Positions 29,290 to 37,816 of a stretch of DNA of 64,000 nt are shown one piece after another. The position numbers were made by a program, and so were the translations under genes. Source of the stretch: a virus (taxonomy: Duplodnaviria; Caudoviricetes); the IMG/VR virus record IMGVR_UViG_3300037761_000271, positions 1-64,000 of that record. One strand, given 5' to 3'. Position 1 is the first letter of the stretch. Every line of letters begins with the position of its first letter. The notes under the pieces are model-generated. The model was not told where the DNA came from. It made no database searches and saw nothing but the letters and a program-made list of their open reading frames with translations.

Positions 29290-29451
29290 GAGCAGCTGTT
29301 CAGGGAGCAGGCAGCGGCAACCTCCAACGAAACGCCGGTTTCGTTGGAGGTTGAGCCCGAACGTGCAACAGACATTGGGGGTGGGGACAGGCACTCCGCC
29401 GTGGAGGACCAGCCGCCGCTCCCAGACCAGACGGGAGCCGATCGTGGCTGA
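28024..29451 (+). CDS. tnpB: TnpB nuclease, reads through the right end
   Basis: RuvC VGVDRG / VEDL / ADVNAA; CSACG..CTACG zinc finger. Confidence 0.95.
   Translation: MLTGRRYLLALTPEQEQYAEQVAGICRAVWNTGLEQRRVYRRRGAFVGYAQQCRELAGAKREPGLEWLADAPSHCLQQTLRDLDRACRTHGTWKVRWRSKSRTAPSFRFPEGPEIIVERVNRRWGRVKLRRFGWVRFRWTRTLGGQIRNATVLRDGGRWCISFCIEDGVEPATPNGHPPVGVDRGVVVAVATSDGQLRDREVATSGEAMRLRRLHQQLARSRRVHGRNRASRRRDATRRKLAALHSHIRARRTDFNACTAHRLTRDHGLIVVEDLRVRNMTRSAKGTIEAPGTNVRQKASLNRSVLSKGWGQLVARLEHKARYHGSTVVKVNPAYTSQRCSACGHVDPKSRESQAVFRCTACGYTDNADVNAAKNILAAGLAVTGRGDLAVGRSAKRQLPRGSTALNRNPGNPLPSGGGGRQEQLFREQAAATSNETPVSLEVEPERATDIGGGDRHSAVEDQPPLPDQTGADRG
29319..29352. repeat. Perfect 15-bp-stem palindrome within coding sequence
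   Basis: AACCTCCAACGAAAC-GCCG-GTTTCGTTGGAGGTT. Confidence 0.9.
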
Positions 29452-30502
29452 GCACAGCAGCATCGAGTGGACGGAAGCGACCCTCAACGTCGTCACCGGC
29501 TGCACGAAGGTCAGCGATGGGTGCATCCACTGTTACATCGAGCGGACCCCACCGTTCCGCAAGGATGGGCGCCGGTTCGACAAGCCGGGAATTGGCGGCT
29601 CGACTGGGCTGGTGTTCCACCCGGAGCGGCTGGTGCTGCCGATGCGGTGGCGAAAGCCCAGGCGGATCTTCGTAAACAGCCTCAGCGACTTGTGGCATGA
29701 CGATGTGCCGGACGGGCTGATCGCCGCCTTGTGGTTCATGATGGGCCAGTCGGCCGGGATGATCCCGGAGCGGTACCGCGGCCACACCTTCCAGATCCTC
29801 ACGAAGCGGCCGGCCCGGATGCGGGCGTGGCTGCGCAGGTGGGCCGACACCGGTGACCCGGCGATCCAGCCGATGGACCCGGCGGCCAGCCGTTGCGGCC
29901 GGGCCGAGCTGGTTGAGGCGGCGGCGGAGTATCTGGGCGGGCCGACCGCCTACGACTGGATGGATGGCCCCCGGTACTGGCCCACCGCCCTACCTGGTGT
30001 GTGGCTCGGCGTATCGGCCGAGGACCAGCGGTCGGCCGACAACCGGATTCCGATCCTGAATGAATGCCCGGCGGTGGTGCGGTTTGTGTCCGCCGAGCCG
30101 CTGCTGGGGCCGGTCGACCTGACTCACCACCTGTCGTTCGGTCACTGCCCCGAGCATGACTTTCCGGGCGGGTTTTGCGTGCAGCGCCAGCATCCCGGCG
30201 TGCATCACCTGAACTGGGTGATCGCCGGCGGGGAGAGCGGTCCGGGGGCGCGGCCGGCCCACCCGGACTGGTTCCAGTCACTGCGTGATCAGTGCCGGCA
30301 GGCGGGCGTGGCGTTCCACTTCAAGCAGTGGGGGGAGTGGGTCTACCGCAACCAAATGCCGGAGGAAACGTACGTCCAGCTCGACCAGGCGATCAACCTA
30401 GCCCAGGCCCACCCCGAACCGTTCCGAGTGGGGAAGAAACGCGCTGGCCGGCTGCTGGACGGGCGCACCTGGGATGAGTACCCGGAGGTGTCCCATGCCT
30501 GA
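29444..30502 (+). CDS. DUF5131 (phage Gp37/Gp68) protein
   Basis: SSIEWTEATLNVVTGCTKVSDGCIHCY; FVNSLSDLWH; ILTKRP; SAEPLLG; WVIAGGESG. Confidence 0.93.
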   Translation: MAEHSSIEWTEATLNVVTGCTKVSDGCIHCYIERTPPFRKDGRRFDKPGIGGSTGLVFHPERLVLPMRWRKPRRIFVNSLSDLWHDDVPDGLIAALWFMMGQSAGMIPERYRGHTFQILTKRPARMRAWLRRWADTGDPAIQPMDPAASRCGRAELVEAAAEYLGGPTAYDWMDGPRYWPTALPGVWLGVSAEDQRSADNRIPILNECPAVVRFVSAEPLLGPVDLTHHLSFGHCPEHDFPGGFCVQRQHPGVHHLNWVIAGGESGPGARPAHPDWFQSLRDQCRQAGVAFHFKQWGEWVYRNQMPEETYVQLDQAINLAQAHPEPFRVGKKRAGRLLDGRTWDEYPEVSHA

Positions 30503-30509
30503 CCGGGAT

Positions 30510-31795
30510 GTAGCGCGCAGGCTCCTGGCCTTCAGGCCGGTGATAGCGCACCCATTCCGTGATGACAGGACCACGTGCTATTCTGTCAACCATGTCGGGT
30601 CGGGTGGTGAGGCGGGCGTACAAGTACCGCTTCTACCCCACCCCCGCGCAGGCCGAGCAGCTGGCCAAAACGTTCGGGTGCGTCCGCTATGTCTACAACC
30701 GGGCATTGGCGGAGCGGTCGAGGGCATGGACGCAAGAGCAGCGGCGGGTCACGCATGCCGAGTCCGACCGGTGGCTAACCGCATGGAAACGGGACCCGGA
30801 TACCGGGTGGCTCACCGAGCCGTCGAAGGGGCCGTTGCAGGCCACGCTGCGGCACCTGCAAACCGCGTACGTGAACTTCTGGCAGAAGCGAGCCAGGTAC
30901 CCGACGTTCAAACGGAAGGGCAGGACACACGACTCGGCCACCTACTTCCGCGGCTGCTTCACCTACCGGGACGACAAGGTCACACTGGCGAAGCAGGACC
31001 GGCCGCTGGACATCGTGTGGTCCCGCCCGCTGCCGGAGGGTGCGGTCCCGTCGCAGGTCACGGTGTCGCGGAACTCACGCGGCCAGTACCACATCTCGAT
31101 CCTGGTCGAGACCACCGTTACGCCGCTGCCGACGACGGGTTCAACGGTGGGCGTGGACGTGGGGATCACCAGCCTGGTCACTCTGTCGAGCGGGGAGAAG
31201 GTCACCAACCCGCGCCACGAGAAGTGGGACCGGGCCAAGCTGCGACGCGCCCAGCGGGCGCTAGCACGGAAGCAGAAGGGATCGGCGAACCGGGCGAAAG
31301 CCAAGCTCCGGGTCGCCCGCATCCACGGACGGATCGCCGACCGCAGGCGGGACGCCCTGCACAAGCTCACCACGAGACTGGTACGCCAGCACGACGCGAT
31401 CACTATCGAGGATCTGTCGGTGCGGAACATGGTGCGCAACCACAGCCTGGCCCGAGCGATTTCGGACGCATCGTGGTCGGAGCTGCGGCGGATGTTGGAG
31501 TACAAGGCCGACTGGTACGGCCGGAAGGTGATAGCGATCGACCGCTGGTACCCGTCCAGCAAGACCTGCTCGGCGTGCGGCGTGATCGTGGAGAATCTGC
31601 CGCTGGGGGTGCGGGAGTGGACGTGCCGCTGCGGCGCGGTCCACGATCGAGACGTGAACGCGGCCAAGGTCATACACGCGGCGGGGCTCGCCGTGTCTGC
31701 CTGCGGAGGCTGAGTGAGACCGCCCCGCACTTAGTGCGGGGAGGCGTTGGCCGATGAACCAGGAATCTCCCTGCCTTCAGGCGGGAGAGCGTCAC
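30510..31795 (+). mobile_element. IS200/IS605-family tnpB-only element 2
   Basis: Left hairpin TGGCC-TTCA-GGCCG; right end GAATCTCCCTGCCTTCAGGCGGGAGAGCGTCAC. Confidence 0.85.
30592..31713 (+). CDS. tnpB: TnpB nuclease
   Basis: AYKYRFYPT HTH; VGVDVG / IEDL / DRDVNAA; zinc finger; TATTCT -10 just upstream. Confidence 0.96.
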   Translation: MSGRVVRRAYKYRFYPTPAQAEQLAKTFGCVRYVYNRALAERSRAWTQEQRRVTHAESDRWLTAWKRDPDTGWLTEPSKGPLQATLRHLQTAYVNFWQKRARYPTFKRKGRTHDSATYFRGCFTYRDDKVTLAKQDRPLDIVWSRPLPEGAVPSQVTVSRNSRGQYHISILVETTVTPLPTTGSTVGVDVGITSLVTLSSGEKVTNPRHEKWDRAKLRRAQRALARKQKGSANRAKAKLRVARIHGRIADRRRDALHKLTTRLVRQHDAITIEDLSVRNMVRNHSLARAISDASWSELRRMLEYKADWYGRKVIAIDRWYPSSKTCSACGVIVENLPLGVREWTCRCGAVHDRDVNAAKVIHAAGLAVSACGG

Positions 31796-32031
31796 CAGCA
31801 TCACGTGTCGACGGACTGGTTTCGCCGCCGCGGCGGCTGGGCGTGGTGGTGTTCCTGTCTGACCGACGGTGAGGGGGTGTACCCGGACGGGGACGGTGCC
31901 CGCCGGTCCGGGGCCCGGCATCAGGCCGAGCGGGTGGCTGAGGCGTTGGCCCACGGCGCACCCCAGGTTGCAGCCGCTGCCGGGCTTGTAGGTGCGTGGG
32001 ATGCCGGTAGCCCACAAGGCGGTGACGGGAA

Positions 32032-32538
32032 GTGAGCGGAGTCACCACGTTGGAGCGGCCAGCGGCGGTGGAGCCGGGTCATCTGGAGCGGATGCCGGCG
32101 ATCACCGTTCACCAGCCGTACGCGACCGCGATCGCCCGGCACGGCAAGCGCACCGAGAACAGGGGATGGCCGGCGCCGCTCAGCATGGTCGGGCAACGGC
32201 TCGCCATCCACGCCAGCCAGCGGTGGGTGGCCGGAGAGGACATCTACCCGGAGGCGACGCTGCCGCAGTACGACCCGGTGGTCTACCCGGCCGGGGTAGT
32301 GCTCGCGGTGGCCCGGTTGGCGTGGTGCTGCGCGGCCGGGATCGCAGGGGACCCGTGGTGCGAGTGCGACGTGTGGGCGCGGGACGACCTGTACCACTGG
32401 GGCCTGGCCGACGTGGTGGCGCTACCGGAGCCGGTGCCCTGCCGGGGACACCAGCGGATCTGGTACCTGCCACTGGACGTGGCCGCGGAGGTGGCCGCCC
32501 AGCTTGACCAGATCAGCCAACGGGAGGGACGGGGATGA
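32032..32538 (+). CDS. ASCH/PUA-like domain protein
   Basis: ITVHQPYATAI..GKRTENRGW...LAIHAS...PVPCRGHQRIW. Confidence 0.85.
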   Translation: MSGVTTLERPAAVEPGHLERMPAITVHQPYATAIARHGKRTENRGWPAPLSMVGQRLAIHASQRWVAGEDIYPEATLPQYDPVVYPAGVVLAVARLAWCCAAGIAGDPWCECDVWARDDLYHWGLADVVALPEPVPCRGHQRIWYLPLDVAAEVAAQLDQISQREGRG

Positions 32539-32586
32539 TCCCGATTCTTGCGCTTGTCACGATCCTAGCCAGGGAGGAGGACGGGG

Positions 32587-33012
32587 ATGCTGCGATTGGT
32601 GGTGACCGGCTCCCGGACGTGGGACGAAATCTCGTATGTGTGGGACCTGCTCGACGCCTTGCTGGAGGAGCATGGCGCGGTTGCCCTGTACCACGGGTAC
32701 TGCGGGCGTGGGCTGGACGCGATCGCCGACTTGTGGGCTCGCCAGCGCCGCGACGAAGTAGGCCCACTGGTGGAACTGCACCGGGTGCCGGTAGACCGCC
32801 GAGTGGACGGGACATGGCCGGCCGCCGGGCCGAGGCGCAACGCCCGCATGGTCGCGAGGTTCGTCGCCGAGTTGGTGCCGGGTGAGCCGTTCGCCTGCCA
32901 GGCGTTCAACCGCAACGACAGCCCGGGCACGAAAGGCTGCGCCGGGCTAGCTAAGCGTGCCGGTATTCCGACCACGGTCCACCGGTACGAGGAGGTGGTC
33001 ACTGGTGGCTGA
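32587..33012 (+). CDS. SLOG-family DUF2493 protein
   Basis: LVVTGSRTW...HG...GLDAIA...AGPRRNARM. Confidence 0.85.
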   Translation: MLRLVVTGSRTWDEISYVWDLLDALLEEHGAVALYHGYCGRGLDAIADLWARQRRDEVGPLVELHRVPVDRRVDGTWPAAGPRRNARMVARFVAELVPGEPFACQAFNRNDSPGTKGCAGLAKRAGIPTTVHRYEEVVTGG

Positions 33013-33376
33013 GGCGCAGCGGCCGGCGGTGACGGTCGAGCCGAGTGTCCGTTTCGGTTACCCGCACATGCGTGGGGTGCCCACGGACGCGATCGCCGGG
33101 ATGGTGTGGGCCGGGGAGACCCCGGGGGTCGTGGCCGACGAGTTCGGCCTGCCGGGCCGGATGTGGGTGCTGGTGGCCTGCTGGTATGAGGCGCGGCACG
33201 GCCAGCCGCGGACGGCCTACCGGCGGGCGTGGAAGCAGTGGGCGGAGCGGGCCGGGAAGGCGATGTGGGCCAGCAGTGTCAACTACGCGGCGATCCCGGA
33301 CCCGCCGAGCAGAGACAAGATCAACCAGAGGGAGACGGCCACTACAACACCAACCACCCCGACGTGGTGGAGGTGA
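33005..33376 (+). CDS. DUF433 domain protein
   Basis: VEPSVRFGYPHMRGVPTDAI...GE...VADEFGL. Confidence 0.75.
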   Translation: MAEAQRPAVTVEPSVRFGYPHMRGVPTDAIAGMVWAGETPGVVADEFGLPGRMWVLVACWYEARHGQPRTAYRRAWKQWAERAGKAMWASSVNYAAIPDPPSRDKINQRETATTTPTTPTWWR

Positions 33377-33382
33377 CCCCGG

Positions 33383-33877
33383 ATGGCCGGCTCTACGTCG
33401 CAGCCTGAGACCCGGCAGCAGCGGGCCGAACGGCTCGCCCCCCTGGCCGTGGAGTGGGCCGCCCGGCTACGCGACGAGCAGGTGGACACGCTGGCGGGCG
33501 AGCTGCTGGACCCGCTGCCCCGGCGGGACCTGTACGGGCTGATCGGGCTGCTGGGCGGCGCGGCGGATGTGGGTGTGTCGCCGGACCTGTGGTGGCGTTG
33601 GGTGCGGCTGCGGGACCTGCCCGCGCTCGCGGCGCCGGTGCGGGAGCCGGAGGAGGCCCTGGTCGAGGACACGGCCCCTCCTCCGGTGCGCGACCCGGGC
33701 GGCCAGCCCTCCGCTGCGGAGGAGGCGGCCGTGGGTGAGCTGCTGGTGTCGATGCTGGAGCAGTGGTACCCGGATGCGGAGATCGCCGCAGCGACCGGGC
33801 TGTCGACCAACGCGGTGAAGAAGCGGCGGCATCGGCTGGGCGTGTTCCGCCGGCCGGCCCGGGCGGGGGTGGGCTGA
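33383..33877 (+). CDS. Hypothetical protein with C-terminal HTH
   Basis: DAEIAAATGLSTNAVKKRRHRLG. Confidence 0.65.
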   Translation: MAGSTSQPETRQQRAERLAPLAVEWAARLRDEQVDTLAGELLDPLPRRDLYGLIGLLGGAADVGVSPDLWWRWVRLRDLPALAAPVREPEEALVEDTAPPPVRDPGGQPSAAEEAAVGELLVSMLEQWYPDAEIAAATGLSTNAVKKRRHRLGVFRRPARAGVG

Positions 33878-33884
33878 GGTGCGG

Positions 33885-34199
33885 TCAGGACTTTCGCCGA
33901 GGCTTCTTCGGCGTATCCGCGCGTCGTTGGTGCTCCCGCTTGACCGGCCCGCGCCACTCGCCCGGCAACGGTGCGTCCGGGTTCTTGACCCGCCACTCGA
34001 TGTAGGCCCGGACATCAGCAGCGCGGCCGCCGTCGCCTACCACGTCGGCGTATGCATCCCACAGCGCCCTGTCCACTCGGATGCGCCGCTCGTCTCCTTG
34101 GCCGAGTGCCACAAGCCGAGGGTACGAGTCGGACCCTTCCGAGGGCAACAGCGAGGACCACAAGTCTGGGGGTTTGGTGCGGTGTTTGCCAGCGTCCAT
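33885..34199 (-). CDS. Small RHH-like DNA-binding protein, antisense
   Basis: RRIRVDRALWDAY...RAADVRAYIEW; TATCAT -10 and CGGGACCCT repeats upstream. Confidence 0.65.
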   Translation of the reverse strand: MDAGKHRTKPPDLWSSLLPSEGSDSYPRLVALGQGDERRIRVDRALWDAYADVVGDGGRAADVRAYIEWRVKNPDAPLPGEWRGPVKREHQRRADTPKKPRRKS

Positions 34200-34329
34200 G
34201 GTTCCGATGATAGCGTAAGCGGGACCCTGATCGGGACCCTATACGACTGCCCGCCGTGAATAGCCCTCCTAGATCACGGGGGAGCAACGAAAGTGGATCA
34301 AGTGCACAGGAGGGACACGTGGACCGCGG

Positions 34330-35607
34330 ATGGGGGTGAAGCTGATGGTCGAGGTGCTCGACCACGCGCCTGGCGCCTGGACGCCGCCTGAACGCCTGCT
34401 TGTCGTAGCGATCGCGGAGCAGGCGAACGACGTAACGCGGCAAGCTTTTTGCGGTCCCGAGCTGATCGCGCACCGTGCTGGCCTGGCGGATGTCAAGAGC
34501 GTCGCCAGGTCGCTTCGCCGGATAGCCGAGAAGGGCTACGAGCTGCGGGTTCCCGCTGGTGCCGACGCAGCCGGCCGGGCGCTCTTCGCCTACCGCGGGC
34601 ATCGGACGGTCTACGAGATCCCTCGCCTGTGCCCAAGTCCCGTTCACGACACCCACGCGTGCATCGAGCGGCATGCGGCCGGGCAGTCCGTCCCTGACCA
34701 CCCCACCCGAGAAAGGGTGGCAGCAGGTGCCACCCAAACGGAGGGAAAGGGTGGCCGATTGAGCCACCCTAAGGCAGGCGTCCCACCCGAGAAAGGGTGG
34801 CAGCAGGTGCCACCCAAACCTGAGGGATTCGGGGAGAAAGGGTGGCAGCCAGACACCGAAAGGGTGGCAGTACGCGACGCAAAGGGTGGCACTAGCAGCC
34901 ACCCCTCCCCTCAATCCCCTCAATCCCCTCAGGGGGGTGTGGGGGGGCAGACCCCCAAGCCGCCGTCGCTACCCGCCACCGCTGGCGCAAGCCGCCAGTC
35001 GGCACTGTTCCCCGTCGGCGACCTGAAGCTGCCCGAGTCGGTGCAGATCGTCTTCGACTGGGGCCGCTGGAACGGCTACGAGGACACAACCCCCGATCAG
35101 GCCCGGGCGGTGCTGCAAGCGTTTCGCAAGCGGTACGGGTCCAAGCCGGTCGGCTACATCCGGAAAGTCGCCGGGCTGGACGGCGGCGGTTTCGATGACC
35201 TGTTCCGCGAGGTCCGGGACCGGAGTGCCGCAGCGGCCAAGGTGGCGATCGAGGTCCTGGAGCGGACCGAGCCGGACTGCGAGCATGGCACCCGCGCTGG
35301 GCGGGCCACGCACCCGGCCACGGGAGCCCTGCTCTGCCCGATGTGCCGGGCCGGCGTGAACATCGTCGCAGCCAACGGCGCGACGACGGACGCGCCGGTT
35401 GCCGCGGTCGTGGATGCCTACCGGCTCGCCTACCGCGCCACGCTCAACGCCGCCCCCCGCTCGTCGCTGCTGATCGATATCACCCAGCAGGCCGCTGCGC
35501 TGCTCAGCCGGGGCGCTGACCCTGGCCTGCTCGTTGACCTGGCCCGCCGTGCTGGCGCACGCGGCGAAGGGCTCATTACCGCCGCCACCCGAGGAGGGCA
35601 AGCATGA
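34330..35607 (+). CDS. Replication initiator (HTH) protein
   Basis: N-terminal HTH region (ERLLVVAIAEQAND); internal iterons; directly upstream of DnaB. Confidence 0.8.
   Translation: MGVKLMVEVLDHAPGAWTPPERLLVVAIAEQANDVTRQAFCGPELIAHRAGLADVKSVARSLRRIAEKGYELRVPAGADAAGRALFAYRGHRTVYEIPRLCPSPVHDTHACIERHAAGQSVPDHPTRERVAAGATQTEGKGGRLSHPKAGVPPEKGWQQVPPKPEGFGEKGWQPDTERVAVRDAKGGTSSHPSPQSPQSPQGGVGGQTPKPPSLPATAGASRQSALFPVGDLKLPESVQIVFDWGRWNGYEDTTPDQARAVLQAFRKRYGSKPVGYIRKVAGLDGGGFDDLFREVRDRSAAAAKVAIEVLERTEPDCEHGTRAGRATHPATGALLCPMCRAGVNIVAANGATTDAPVAAVVDAYRLAYRATLNAAPRSSLLIDITQQAAALLSRGADPGLLVDLARRAGARGEGLITAATRGGQA
34702..34931 (+). repeat. Iteron cluster, candidate replication origin
   Basis: AAAGGGTGGC at 34712, 34746, 34792, 34837, 34859, 34881; 38-bp repeat 34702-34739 = 34782-34819; inverted GCCACCC copies. 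Confidence 0.85.
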
Positions 35608-36947
35608 CCATCACCGGCACGCCAATCGCCGACGCGCTGGCCGCGGAGCAGGCACCGACATACGACCTCGGGGCGGAGCGGACCCTGCTGGGCATCCTGA
35701 TGGCGGACCCGGCGAAGGTCGGGGAGGTGTTGGACCTCGACCCGGAGCTGTTCTACAAGTCGCAGCACGGTGAGGTCTTCGCCGCGATCCTGAAGCTGCA
35801 CGCCGAGGGCAAGCCGACCGAGCCGCAGTCGGTGACCGCGTATCTCGCCGACGAGGGTTCGATCAGCCGGCTCGGCGGTGCGGAGTACCTGGCTGAGTGC
35901 TACGAGTCGGTGCCGGTGACGGCCATGCTGGGGCACTACGTGGACCGGCTGGTCGTCACCGGAGAGCGGCGCAACTACCAGGCCGCCGGCATCCGCATCA
36001 CCGACGCTGCCACCAGGCCTGGCCAGGACCCGGCCGGGCTTGCCGCGCTCGCACAGGAGCTGATCGCCAAGGCCCGGATCGGGCGCCGCGAGTTGGAGTT
36101 GCACCAGCTCGGAGCCCTGATCAACCCGTGCCTGGACGACATCGAGGTCCGGCAGCACAAGCCGAAGGGCATCAAGTGCGGCTTCATCGACCTGGACAGG
36201 GTGATCGGCGGCATGTCGCCGAAGCAGCTCATCACCGTGGCTGGGCCTACCGGCTCGGGGAAGAGCGTGTTCGTGACGGACATCGCCCGGCATGTGGCAA
36301 TCCGGGGGCGGTTGACGGTGGCGTTCTTTTCGCTCGAAATGTCCAAGGAGGAAATCTTCGATCGGGTGATCGCCGCGGAGGCGGGCGTGCCGCACATGGC
36401 CGTTCGTGACGGCACCCTCAGCGAGCGGGACTGGTCGAAGGTGACCGCGAAGATTGGGCCGATGTCGCACGCGCCGCTGTTCATGGCCGACGACGGGACC
36501 TTGACGGTGGCGCAGATTAAGCACCGGTGCAAGCGGCTGAGGGATGCCAGGGGATTGGACCTGATCGTGGTTGATCATATGCACCTGCTGGCACCGAGCG
36601 CGCGATGCCGGGATGAGCGGGAGCGGATCGAGGACGTGAGCCGGGGACTGAAGGAGCTGGCGATGGGGATGGACATTCCGGTGATGGCGGCGGCGCATAT
36701 GAACCGGAACCCGGCGCTGCGTGCGGACAAGAAGCCGCAGCTACCAGACCTCAAAGGGGCGTCGGGGATCGAGCAGAACAGCAACGTGGTGCTGATGCTG
36801 CACCGTGAGGACTACTACGACCCGTCCTCGCCGCGCCGGGGTGAGCTGGACGTGGTGGTGGCGAAGAACCGCAGCGGCGAGATGCGGTCGGTGGTGCTGG
36901 CTGCGCAGCTAGATAAGAGCCGGTTCGTCGATATGGCAGTCGTGTAG
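35604..36947 (+). CDS. dnaB: DnaB-like replicative helicase
   Basis: AGPTGSGKS; FFSLEM; IVVDHMHL; LKGASGIEQNSNVVLMLHR; VAKNRSG. Confidence 0.96.
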   Translation: MTITGTPIADALAAEQAPTYDLGAERTLLGILMADPAKVGEVLDLDPELFYKSQHGEVFAAILKLHAEGKPTEPQSVTAYLADEGSISRLGGAEYLAECYESVPVTAMLGHYVDRLVVTGERRNYQAAGIRITDAATRPGQDPAGLAALAQELIAKARIGRRELELHQLGALINPCLDDIEVRQHKPKGIKCGFIDLDRVIGGMSPKQLITVAGPTGSGKSVFVTDIARHVAIRGRLTVAFFSLEMSKEEIFDRVIAAEAGVPHMAVRDGTLSERDWSKVTAKIGPMSHAPLFMADDGTLTVAQIKHRCKRLRDARGLDLIVVDHMHLLAPSARCRDERERIEDVSRGLKELAMGMDIPVMAAAHMNRNPALRADKKPQLPDLKGASGIEQNSNVVLMLHREDYYDPSSPRRGELDVVVAKNRSGEMRSVVLAAQLDKSRFVDMAVV

Positions 36948-36963
36948 GACGGGGAGGTACGGC

Positions 36964-37816
36964 ATGATCAGGCATATCGCCTGGGTGTTCGATGAGTTTC
37001 TGATGGAGCACAGCTTCGTCATCACCGACCCGGGTCCAGGCCAGCGGCGGACGGCTGTCCGCGGCGACCTGTCGTATGAGATCGGACCGCGCTGCCGCTG
37101 CGACTACTGCCCAGAGTCGCAGCACCCGAACTACCGCTGCATCGCGGGCGTGGCCTCGTGACGGTGGATAGGGTGCCGATCCGGCTCGGTCCGGGCATGG
37201 GCGGCGGGCTGGACGGGCCGCCGTGCCTGCAGCGGGACACCCTGGCGCAGGGCACCCCGGCGGGGATGCTGCCCTGCGGGGCGATGTGCCGCCGCTGCGG
37301 GCGGGTGACCGCCCGGCGGGACCCGGACGGGCGGGCGTGGTGCGGCGGACAGCTACCGGCACCGGCGGGGGAGAGGAGCAGGCGGTGAGCTGGGTGTGGT
37401 TCTGGACACCGTGCTGGTACTGGCACGGATGGCGGACGCTGCTGCCGGTGCAGCGCGGCGGTGACGAGTACGGCCGGCGGACGCTGATCTTCGGCTGGAC
37501 CGTCACCGGCAGGGTAATCGTGGCGATATCCCGCCCGGGTCGGCTGTACCGACCGGAGTGGTGGCAGCACCGCGACATGCTGACCGACACGGTCGTGTGG
37601 GCGTCGATCTACCCCTACGGCGGCGGAGAGCAGGAGCACGGCATCCAGCTCACCGTGGCGTCTGCTGAGAGCCGGTGGCAGGCGCTGGCCGTGGTGCGTC
37701 TCCCGCAAGAGGCGGTGCGGGGGTTGGCCGAGCTGATCGACGCGTCCCGGTCGCTGGTGTGGCACGACCCGCGCGACGCCGACGATCCGTTCTGGAACCC
37801 GCAGGAGGAGCGATGA
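36964..37816 (+). CDS. Small hypothetical genes (36964-37161, 37158-37388, 37385-37816)
   Basis: Coupled ORFs. Confidence 0.55.

Larger units (their letters stand above)
27828..29451 (+). pseudogene. Hypothetical gene split by a tnpB element
   Basis: 5' part VSETTEQ...WWEHRYG; 3' part EQLFREQ...GADRG* after the right end. Confidence 0.5.
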
